64,000 bases of DNA, from the NCBI GenBank assembly GCA_964016885.1, contig OZ024741.1, positions 209,250,001-209,314,000 of the forward strand, given 5' to 3'. The position numbers and the translations under genes were made by a program. This document shows, piece after piece, positions 25,901 to 38,400 of the stretch. This DNA comes from Eledone cirrhosa. Its lineage: Eukaryota. A model generated the notes under the pieces. That model did no database searches, was not told the origin of the DNA, and saw only the letters and a list, made by a program, of their open reading frames with translations. Position 1 is the stretch's first letter; each line of letters begins with the position of its first letter.

Positions 25901-28900
25901 ATATCTCCGTAAAATAACGAGTGGTGGCTGCGTAAAATAATGAATTACGCACGAAAATGAGAAAATTTCGATTCTCGATCGTGGGCCGGCCGGATGTCGG
26001 ATCGATTCGTAAATACAAGGATAATGTGCGGACACTCCTTGCCTGTGTGCCGCATGATTTTCAGGACGATATCTCCGTAAAATCAAGAGTTGATAACCCC
26101 AACTTAACTTAACCCCAACTTAACTTAACCGCAACTTAACTTAACCGCAACCTAACTTAACCCCAACTTAACTTAACCGCAACCTAACTTAACCCCAACT
26201 TAACTTAACCGCAACTTAACTTAACCCCAACCTAACTTAACCCCAACTTAACTTAACCGCAACTTAACTTAACCGCAACCTAACTTAACCCCAACTTAAC
26301 TTAACCGCAACTTAACTTAACCGCAACTTAGCTTAACCCCAACCCTTGGTGGGATCGATCTGTAATTACTGGTACACGTGCAGACACTCATTGGCTGTGT
26401 GTGGCCTGATTTTCAGATAGATATCTCCGTAAAATAACGAGTGGTGGCTGCGTAAAATAATGAATTACGCACGAAAATGAGAAAATTTCGATTCTCGATC
26501 GTGGGCCGGCCGGATGTCGGATCGATTCGTAAATACAAGGATAATGTGCGGACACTCCTTGGCTGTGTGCGGCATGATTTTCAGGACGATATCTCCGTAA
26601 AATCAAGAGTTGATAACCCCAACTTAACTTAACCCCAACTTAACTTAACCGCAACTTAACTTAACCGCAACCTAACTTAACCCCAACTTAACTTAACCGC
26701 AACCTAACTTAACCCCAACTTAACTTAACCGCAACTTAACTTAACCCCAACCTAACTTAACCCCAACTTAACTTAACCGCAACCTAACTTAACCCCAACT
26801 TAACTTAACCGCAACTTAACTTAACCGCAACTTAGCTTAACCCCAACCCTTGGTGGGATCGATCTGTAATTACTGGTACATGTGCAGACACTCATTGGCT
26901 GTATGTGGCCTGATTTTCAGAAAGATATCTCCGTAAAATAACGAGTGGTGGCTGCGTAAAATAATGAATTACGCACGAAAATGAGAAAATTTCGATTCTC
27001 GATCGTGGGCCGGCCGGATGTCGGATCGATTCGTAAATACAAGGATAATGTGCGGACACTCCTTGCCTGTGTGCCGCATGATTTTCAGGACGATATCTCC
27101 GTAAAATCAAGAGTTGATAACCCCAACTTAACTTAACCCCAACTTAACTTAACCGCAACTTAACTTAACCGCAACCTAACTTAACCCCAACTTAACTTAA
27201 CCGCAACCTAACTTAACCCCAACTTAACTTAACCGCAACTTAACTTAACCCCAACCTAACTTAACCCCAACTTAACTTAACCGCAACTTAACTTAACCGC
27301 AACCTAACTTAACCCCAACTTAACTTAACCGCAACTTAACTTAACCGCAACTTAGCTTAACCCCAACCCTTGGTGGGATCGATCTGTAATTACTGGTACA
27401 TGTGCAGACACTCATTGGCTGTGTGTGGCCTGATTTTCAGATAGATATCTCCGTAAAATAACGAGTGGTGGCTGCGTAAAATAATGAATTACGCACGAAA
27501 ATGAGAAAATTTCGATTCTCGATCGTGGGCCGGCCGGATGTCGGATCGATTCGTAAATACAAGGATAATGTGCGGACACTCCTTGGCTGTGTGCGGCATG
27601 ATTTTCAGGACGATATCTCCGTAAAATCAAGAGTTGATAACCCCAACTTAACTTAACCCCAACTTAACTTAACCGCAACTTAACTTAACCGCAACCTAAC
27701 TTAACCCCAACTTAACTTAACCGCAACCTAACTTAACCCCAACTTAACTTAACCGCAACTTAACTTAACCCCAACCTAACTTAACCCCAACTTAACTTAA
27801 CCGCAACTTAACTTAACCGCAACCTAACTTAACCCCAACTTAACTTAACCGCAACTTAACTTAACCGCAACTTAGCTTAACCCCAACCCTTGGTGGGATC
27901 GATCTGTAATTACTGGTACATGTGCAGACACTCATTGGCTGTGTGTGGCCTGATTTTCAGAAAGATATCTCCGTAAAATAACGAGTGGTGGCTGCGTAAA
28001 ATAATGAATTACGCACGAAAATGAGAAAATTTCGATTCTCGATCGTGGGCCGGCCGGATGTCGGATCGATTCGTAAATACAAGGATAATGTGCGGACACT
28101 CCTTGGCTGTGTGCGGCATGATTTTCAGGACGATATCTCCGTAAAATCAAGAGTTGATAACCCCAACTTAACTTAACCCCAACTTAACTTAACCGCAACT
28201 TAACTTAACCGCAACCTAACTTAACCCCAACTTAACTTAACCGCAACCTAACTTAACCCCAACTTAACTTAACCGCAACTTAACTTAACCCCAACCTAAC
28301 TTAACCCCAACTTAACTTAACCGCAACTTAACTTAACCGCAACCTAACTTAACCCCAACTTAACTTAACCGCAACTTAACTTAACCGCAACTTAGCTTAA
28401 CCCCAACCCTTGGTGGGATCGATCTGTAATTACTGGTACATGTGCAGACACTCATTGGCTGTGTGTGGCCTGATTTTGAGATAGATATCTCCGTAAAATA
28501 ACGAGTGGTGGCTGCGTAAAATAATGAATTACGCACGAAAATGAGAAAATTTCGATTCTCGATCGTGGGCCGGCCGGATGTCGGATCGATTCGTAAATAC
28601 AAGGATAATGTGCGGACACTCCTTGGCTGTGTGCGGCATGATTTTCAGGACGATATCTCCGTAAAATCAAGAGTTGATAACCCCAACTTAACTTAACCCC
28701 AACTTAACTTAACCGCAACTTAACTTAACCGCAACTTAACTTAACCGCAACCTAACTTAACCCCAAATTAACTTAACCGCAACCTAACTTAACCCCAACT
28801 TAACTTAACCCCAACCTAACTTAACCCCAACTTAACTTAACCGCAACTTAACTTAACCGCAACCTAACTTAACCCCAACTTAACTTAACCGCAACTTAAC

Positions 28901-29200
28901 TTAACCGCAACTTAGCTTAACCCCAACCCTTAGTGGGATCGATCTGTAATTACTGGTACATGTGCAGACACTAATTGGCTGTGTGTGGCCTGATCTTCAG
29001 AAAGATATCTCCGTAAAATAACGAGTGGTGGCTGCGTAAAATAATGAATTACGCACGAAAATGAGAAAATTTCGATTCTCGATCGTGGGCCGGCTGGTTG
29101 TCGGATCGATTCGTAAATACAAGGATAATGTGCGGACACTCCTTGCCTGTGTGCCGCATGATTTTCAGGACGATATCTCCGTAAAATCAAGAGTTGATAA
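19980..29200 (+). repeat. Tandem duplication of a 9-monomer block, period 4617 changing to 4601/4600 bp
   Basis: ORF ends 20493/25110, 20965/25582, 21469/26086, 21989/26606, 22509/27110, 24069/28670, 24590/29190. Shared rare variants gcgacatg, cttatccg, tacacgtg, ttttgaga, ctaattgg. The offset changes by one 16-mer and by one C. Confidence 0.92.
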
Positions 29201-32200
29201 CCCCAACTTAACTTAACCCCAACTTAACTTAACCCCAACTTAACTTAACCCCAACTTAACTTAACCGCAACTTAACTTAACCGCAACCTAACTTAACCCC
29301 AACTTAACTTAACCGCAACCTAACTTAACCACAACTTAACTTAACCGCAACTTAACTTAACCCCAACCTAACTTAACCCCAACTTAACTTAACCGCAACT
29401 TAACTTAACCGCAACCTAACTTAACCCCAACTTAGCTTAACCCCAACCCTTGGTGGGATCGATCTGTAATTACTGGTACATGTGCAGACACTCATTGGCT
29501 GTGTGTGGCCTGATTTTCAGATAGATATCTCCGTAAAATAACGAGTGGTGGCTGCGTAAAATAATGAATTACGCACGAAAATGAGAAAATTTCGATTCTC
29601 GATCGTGGGCCGGCCGGATGTCGGATCGATTCGTAAATACAAGGATAATGTGCGGACACTCGTTGGCTGTGTGCGGCATGATTTTCAGGACGATATCTCC
29701 GTAAAATCAAGAGTTGATAACCCCAACTTAACTTAACCCCAACTTAACTTAACCGCAACTTAACTTAACCGCAACCTAACTTAACCCCAACTTAACTTAA
29801 CCGCAACCTAACTTAACCCCAACTTAACTTAACCGCAACTTAACTTAACCCCAACCTAACTTAACCCCAACTTAACTTAACCGCAACTTAACTTAACCGC
29901 AACCTAACTTAACCCCAACTTAACTTAACCGCAACTTAACTTAACCGCAACTTAGCTTAACCCCAACCCTTAGTGGGATCGATCTGTAATTACTGGTACA
30001 TGTGCAGACACTCATTGGCTGTGTGTGGCCTGATTTTCAGATAGATATCTCCGTAAAATAACGAGTGGTGGCTGCGTAAAATAATGAATTACGCACGAAA
30101 ATGAGAAAATTTCGATTCTCGATCGTGGGCCGGCCGGATGTCGGATCGATTCGTAAATACAAGGATAATGTGCGGACACTCCTTGGCTGTGTGCGGCATG
30201 ATTTTCAGGACGATATCTCCGTAAAATCAAGAGTTGATAACCCCAACTTAACTTAACCCCAACTTAACTTAACCGCAACTTAACTTAACCGCAACTTAAC
30301 TTAACCGCAACCTAACTTAACCCCAACTTAACTTAACCGCAACCTAACTTAACCCCAACTTAACTTAACCCCAACCTAACTTAACCCCAACTTAACTTAA
30401 TCGCAACTTAACTTAACCGCAACCTAACTTAACCCCAACTTAACTTAACCGCAACCTAACTTAACCCCAACTTAACTTAACCCCAACCTAACTTAACCCC
30501 AACTTAACTTAACCGCAACTTAACTTAACCGCAACCTAACTTAACCCCAACTTAACTTAACCGCAACTTAACTTAACCGCAACTTAGCTTAACCCCAACC
30601 CTTGGTGGGATCGATCTGTAATTACTGGTACATGTGCAGACACTCATTGGCTGTGTGTGGCCTGATTTTCAGATAGATATCTCCGTAAAATAACGAGTGG
30701 TGGCTGCGTAAAATAATGAATTACGCACGAAAATGAGAAAATTTCGATTCTCGATCGTGGGCCGGCCGGATGTCGGATCGATTCGTAAATACAAGGATAA
30801 TGTGCGGACACTCCTTGGCTGTGTGCGGCATGATTTTCAGGACGATATCTCCGTAAAATCAAGAGTTGATAACCCCAACTTAACTTAACCCCAACTTAAC
30901 TTAACCGCAACTTAACTTAACCGCAACTTAACTTAACCGCAACCTAACTTAACCCCAACTTAACTTAACCGCAACCTAACTTAACCCCAACTTAACTTAA
31001 CCCCAACCTAACTTAACCCCAACTTAACTTAACCGCAACTTAACTTAACCGCAACCTAACTTAACCCCAACTTAACTTAACCGCAACTTAACTTAACCGC
31101 AACTTAGCTTAACCCCAACCCTTAGTGGGATCGATCTGTAATTACTGGTACATGTGCAGACACTCATTGGCTGTGTGTGGCCTGATTTTCAGAAAGATAT
31201 CTCCGTAAAATAACGAGTGGTGGATGCGTAAAATAATGAATTACGCACGAAAATGAGAAAATTTCGATTCTCGATCGTGGGCCGGCTGGTTGTCGGATCG
31301 ATTCGTAAATACAAGGATAATGTGCGGACACTCCTTGCCTGTGTGCCGCATGATTTTCAGGACGATATCTCCGTAAAATCAAGAGTTGATAACCCCAACT
31401 TAACTTAACCCCAACTTAACTTAACCCCAACTTAACTTAACCCCAACTTAACTTAACCGCAACTTAACTTAACCGCAACCTAACTTAACCCCAACTTAAC
31501 TTAACCGCAACCTAACTTAACCACAACTTAACTTAACCGCAACTTAACTTAACCCCAACCTAACTTAACCCCAACTTAACTTAACCGCAACTTAACTTAA
31601 CCGCAACCTAACTTAACCCCAACTTAACTTAACCGCAACTTAGCTTAACCCCAACCCTTGGTGGGATCGATCTGTAATTACTGGTACATGTGCAGACACT
31701 CATTGGCTGTGTGTGGCCTGATTTTCAGAAAGATATCTCCGTAAAATAACGAGTGGTGGCTGCGTAAAATAATGAATTACGCACGAAAATGAGAAAATTT
31801 CGATTCTCGATCGTGGGCCGGCCGGATGTCGGATCGATTCGTAAATACAAGGATAATGTGCGGACACTCCTTGCCTGTGTGCCGCATGATTTTCAGGACG
31901 ATATCTCCGTAAAATCAAGAGTTGATAACCCCAACTTAACTTAACCCCAACTTAACTTAACCGCAACTTAACTTAACCGCAACCTAACTTAACCCCAACT
32001 TAACTTAACCGCAACCTAACTTAACCCCAACTTAACTTAACCGCAACTTAACTTAACCCCAACCTAACTTAACCCCAACTTAACTTAACCGCAACTTAAC
32101 TTAACCGCAACCTAACTTAACCCCAACTTAACTTAACCGCAACTTAACTTAACCGCAACTTAGCTTAACCCCAACCCTTGGTGGGATCGATCTGTAATTA

Positions 32201-32449
32201 CTGGTACATGTGCAGACACTCATTGGCTGTGTGTGGCCTGATTTTCAGATAGATATCTCCGTAAAATAACGAGTGGTGGCTGCGTAAAATAATGAATTAC
32301 GCACGAAAATGAGAAAATTTCGATTCTCGATCGTGGGCCGGCCGGATGTCGGATCGATTCGTAAATACAAGGATAATGTGCGGACACTCCTTGGCTGTGT
32401 GCGGCATGATTTTCAGGACGATATCTCCGTAAAATCAAGAGTTGATAAC

Positions 32450-35400
32450 CCCAACTTAACTTAACCCCAACTTAACTTAACCGCAACTTAACTTAACCGC
32501 AACTTAACTTAACCGCAACCTAACTTAACCCCAACTTAACTTAACCGCAACCTAACTTAACCCCAACTTAACTTAACCCCAACCTAACTTAACCCCAACT
32601 TAACTTAACCGCAACTTAACTTAACCGCAACCTAACTTAACCCCAACTTAACTTAACCGCAACTTAACTTAACCGCAACTTAGCTTAACCCCAACCCTTA
32701 GTGGGATCGATCTGTAATTACTGGTACATGTGCAGACACTCATTGGCTGTGTGTGGCCTGATTTTCAGAAAGATATCTCCGTAAAATAACGAGTGGTGGC
32801 TGCGTAAAATAATGAATTACGCACGAAAATGAGAAAATTTCGATTCTCGATCGTGGGCCGGCTGGTTGTCGGATCGATTCGTAAATACAAGCATAATGTG
32901 CGGACACTCCTTGCCTGTGTGCCGCATGATTTTCAGGACGATATCTCCGTAAAATCAAGAGTTGATAACCCCAACTTAACTTAACCCCAACTTAACTTAA
33001 CCGCAACTTAACTTAACCGCAACCTAACTTAACCCCAACTTAACTTAACCGCAACCTAACTTAACCCCAACTTAACTTAACCGCAACTTAACTTAACCCC
33101 AACCTAACTTAACCCCAACTTAACTTAACCGCAACTTAACTTAACCGCAACCTAACTTAACCCCAGCTTAACTTAACCGCAACTTAACTTAACCGCAACT
33201 TAGCTTAACCCCAACCCTTGGTGGGATCGATCTGTAATTACTGGTACATGTGCAGACACTCATTGGCTGTGTGTGGCCTGATTTTCAGAAAGATATCTCC
33301 GTAAAATAACGAGTGGTGGCTGCGTAAAATAATGAATTACGCACGAAAATGAGAAAATTTCGATTCTCGATCGTGGGCCGGCCGGATGTCGCATCGATTC
33401 GTAAATAGAAGGATAATGTGCGGACACTCCTTGGCTGTGTGCGGCATGATTTTCAGGACGATATTTCCGTAAAATCAAGAGTTGATAACCCCAACTTAAC
33501 TTAACCCCAACTTAAATTAACCCCAACTTAACTTAACCCCAACTTAACTTAACCGCAACTTAACTTAACCGCAACCTAACTTAACCCCAACTTAACTTAA
33601 CCGCAACCTAACTTAACCACAACTTAACTTAACCGCAACTTAACTTAACCGCAACCTAACTTAACCCCAACTTAACTTAACCGCAACCTAACTTAACCCC
33701 AACTTAGCTTAACCGCAACTTAACTTAACCCCAACCTAACTTAACCCCAACTTAACTTAACCGCAACTTAACTTAACCGCAACCTAACTTAACCCCAACT
33801 TAACTTAACCGCAACTTAACTTAACCGCAACTTAGCTTAACCCCAACCCTTGGTGGGATCGATCTGTAATTACTGGTACATGTGCAGACACTCATTGGCT
33901 GTGTGTGGCCTGATTTTCAGAAAGATATCTCCGTAAAATAACGAGTGGTGGCTGCGTAAAATAATGAATTACGCACGAAAATGAGAAAATTTCGATTCTC
34001 GATCGTGGGCCGGCCGGATGTCGGATCGATTCGTAAATACAAGGATAATGTGCGGACACTCCTTGGCTGTGTGCGGCATGATTTTCAGGACGATATCTCC
34101 GTAAAATCAAGAGTTGATAACCCCAACTTAACTTAACCCCAACTTAACTTAACCGCAACTTAACTTAACCGCAACCTAACTTAACCCCAACTTAACTTAA
34201 CCGCAACCTAACTTAACCCCAACTTAACTTAACCGCAACTTAACTTAACCCCAACCTAACTTAACCCCAACTTAACTTAACCGCAACTTAACTTAACCGC
34301 AACCTAACTTAACCCTAACTTAACTTAACCGCAACTTAACTTAACCGCAACTTAGCTTAACCCCAACCCTTGGTGGGATCGATCTGTAATTACTGGTACA
34401 TGTGCAGACACTCATTGGCTGTGTGTGGCCTGATTTTCAGAAAGATATCTCCGTAAAATAACGAGTGGTGGCTGCGTAAATTAATGAATTACGCACGAAA
34501 ATGAGAAAATTTCGATTCTCGATCGTGGGCCGGCCGGATGTCGGATCGATTCGTAAATACAAGGATAATGTGCGGACACTCCTTGCCTGTGTGCCGCATG
34601 ATTTTCAGGACGATATCTCCGTAAAATCAAGAGTTGATAACCCCAACTTAACTTAACCCCAACTTAACTTAACCGCAACTTAACTTAACCGCAACCTAAC
34701 TTAACCCCAACTTAACTTAACCGCAACCTAACTTAACCCCAACTTAACTTAACCGCAACTTAACTTAACCCCAACCTAACTTAACCCCAACTTAACTTAA
34801 CCGCAACTTAACTTAACCGCAACCTAACTTAACCCTAACTTAACTTAACCGCAACTTAACTTAACCGCAACTTAGCTTAACCCCAACCCTTGGTGGGATC
34901 GATCTGTAATTACTGTTACATGTGCAGACACTCATTGGCTGTGTGTGGCCTGATTTTCAGAAAGATATCTCCGTAAAATAACGAGTGGTGGCTGCGTAAA
35001 ATAATGAATTATGCACGAAAATGAGAAAATTTCGATTCTCGATCGTGGGCCGGCCGGATGTCGGATCGATTCGTAAATACAAGGATAATGTGCGGACACT
35101 CCTTGGCTGTGTGCGGCATGATTTTCAGGACGATATCTCCGTAAAATCAAGAGTTGATAACCCCAACTTAACTTAACCGCAACTTAACTTAACCGCAACC
35201 TAACTTAACCCTAACTTAACTTAACCGCAACTTAACTTAACCGCAACTTAGCTTAACCCCAACCCTTGGTGGGATCTATCTGTAATTACTGGTACATGTG
35301 CAGACACTCATTGGCTGTGTGTGGCCTGATTTTAAGAAAGATATCTCCGTAAAATAACGAGTGGTGGCTGCGTAAAATAATGAATTACGCACGAAAATGA

Positions 35401-38400
35401 GAAAATTTCGATTCTCGATCGTGGGCCGGCCGGATGTCGGATCGATTCGTAAATACAAGGATAATGTGCGGACACTCCTTGCCTGTGTGCCGCATGATTT
35501 TCAGGACGATATCTCCGTAAAATCAAGAGTTGATAACCCCAACTTAACTTAACCCCAACTTAACTTAACCGCAACTTAACTTAACCGCAACTTAACTTAA
35601 CCGCAACCTAACTTAACCCCAACTTAACTTAACCGCAACCTAACTTAACCCCAACTTAACTTAACCCCAACCTAACTTAACCCCAACTTAACTTAACCGC
35701 AACTTAACTTAACCGCAACCTAACTTAACCCCAACTTAACTTAACCGCAACTTAACTTAACCGCAACTTAGCTTAACCCCAACCCTTAGTGGGATCGATC
35801 TGTAATTACTGGTACATGTGCAGACACTCATTGGCTGTGTGTGGCCTGATTTTCAGAAAGATATCTCCGTAAAATAACGAGTGGTGGCTGCGTAAAATAA
35901 TGAATTACGCACGAAAATGAGAAAATTTCGATTCTCGATCGTGGGCCGGCTGGTTGTCGGATCGATTCGTAAATACAAGCATAATGTGCGGACACTCCTT
36001 GCCTGTGTGCCGCATGATTTTCAGGACGATATCTCCGTAAAATCAAGAGTTGATAACCCCAACTTAACTTAACCCCAACTTAACTTAACCGCAACTTAAC
36101 TTAACCGCAACCTAACTTAACCCCAACTTAACTTAACCGCAACCTAACTTAACCCCAACTTAACTTAACCGCAACTTAACTTAACCCCAACCTAACTTAA
36201 CCCCAACTTAACTTAACCGCAACTTAACTTAACCGCAACCTAACTTAACCCCAGCTTAACTTAACCGCAACTTAACTTAACCGCAACTTAGCTTAACCCC
36301 AACCCTTGGTGGGATCGATCTGTAATTACTGGTACATGTGCAGACACTCATTGGCTGTGTGTGGCCTGATTTTCAGAAAGATATCTCCGTAAAATAACGA
36401 GTGGTGGCTGCGTAAAATAATGAATTACGCACGAAAATGAGAAAATTTCGATTCTCGATCGTGGGCCGGCCGGATGTCGCATCGATTCGTAAATAGAAGG
36501 ATAATGTGCGGACACTCCTTGGCTGTGTGCGGCATGATTTTCAGGACGATATTTCCGTAAAATCAAGAGTTGATAACCCCAACTTAACTTAACCCCAACT
36601 TAACTTAACCCCAACTTAACTTAACCCCAACTTAACTTAACCGCAACTTAACTTAACCGAAACCTAACTTAACCCCAACTTAACTTAACCGCAACCTAAC
36701 TTAACCACAACTTAACTTAACCGCAACTTAACTTAACCGCAACCTAACTTAACCCCAACTTAACTTAACCGCAACCTAACTTAACCCCAACTTAACTTAA
36801 CCGCAACTTAACTTAAACGCAACTTAGCTTAACCCCAACCCTTGGTGGGATCGATCTGTAATTACTGGTACATGTGCAGACACTCATTGGCTGTGTGTGG
36901 CCTGATTTTCAGAAAGATATCTCCGTAAAATAACGAGTGGTGGCTGCGTAAAATAATGAATTACGCACGAAAATGAGAAAATTTCGATTCTCGATCGTGG
37001 GCCGGCCGGATGTCGGATCGATTCGTAAATACAAGGATAATGTGCGGACACTCCTTGGCTGTGTGCGGCATGATTTTCAGGACGATATCTCCGTAAAATC
37101 AAGAGTTGATAACCCCAACTTAACTTAACCGCAACTTAACTTAACCGCAACCTAAATTAACCCTAACTTAACTTAACCGCAACTTAACCTAACCGCAACT
37201 TAGCTTAACCCCAACCCTTGGTGGGATCTATCTGTAATTACTGGTACATGTGCAGACACTCATTGGCTGTGTGTGGCCTGATTTTAAGAAAGATATCTCC
37301 GTAAAATAACGAGTGGTGGCTGCGTAAAATAATGAATTACGCACGAAAATGAGAAAATTTCGATTCTCGATCGTGAGCCGGCCGGATGTCGGATCGATTC
37401 GTAAATACAAGGATAATGTGCGGACACTCCTTGCCTGTGTGCCGCATGATTTTCAGGACGATATCTCCGTAAAATCAAGAGTTGATAACCCCAACTTAAC
37501 TTAACCCCAACTTAACTTAACCGCAACTTAACTTAACCGCAACCTAACTTAACCCCAACTTAACTTAACCGCAACCTAACTTAACCCCAACTTAACTTAA
37601 CCGCAACTTAACTTAACCCCAACCTAACTTAACCCCAACTTAACTTAACCGCAACTTAACTTAACCGCAACCTAACTTAACCCCAACTTAACTTAACCGC
37701 AACTTAACTTAACCGCAACTTAGCTTAACCCCAACCCTTGGTGGGATCGATCTGTAATTACTGGTACATGTGCAGACACTCATTGGCTGTGTGTGGCCTG
37801 ATTTTCAGAAAGATATCTCCGTAAAATAACGAGTGGTGGCTGCGTAAAATAATGAATTACGCACGAAAATGAGAAAATTTCGATTCTCGATCGTGGGCCG
37901 GCCGGATGTCGGATCGATTCGTAAATACAAGGATAATGTGCGGACACTCCTTGCCTGTGAGCCGCATGATTTTCAGGACGATATCTCCGTAAAATCAAGA
38001 GTTGATAACCCCAACTTAACTTAACCCCAACTTAACTTAACCGCAACTTAACTTAACCGCAACCTAACTGAACCCCAACTTAACTTAACCGCAACCTAAC
38101 TTAACCCCAACTTAACTTAACCGCAACTTAACTTAACCCCAACCTAACTTAACCCCAACTTAACTTAACGGCAACTTAACTTAACCGCAACCTAACTTAA
38201 CCCCAACTTAACTTAACCGCAACTTAACTTAACCGCAACTTAGCTTAACCCCAACCCTTGGTGGGATCGATCTGTAATTACTGGTACATGTGCAGACACT
38301 CATTGGCTGTGTGTGGTGGCCTGATTTTCAGAAAGATATCTCCGTAAAATAACGAGTGGTGGCTGCGTAAAATAATGAATTACGCACGAAAATGAGAAAA

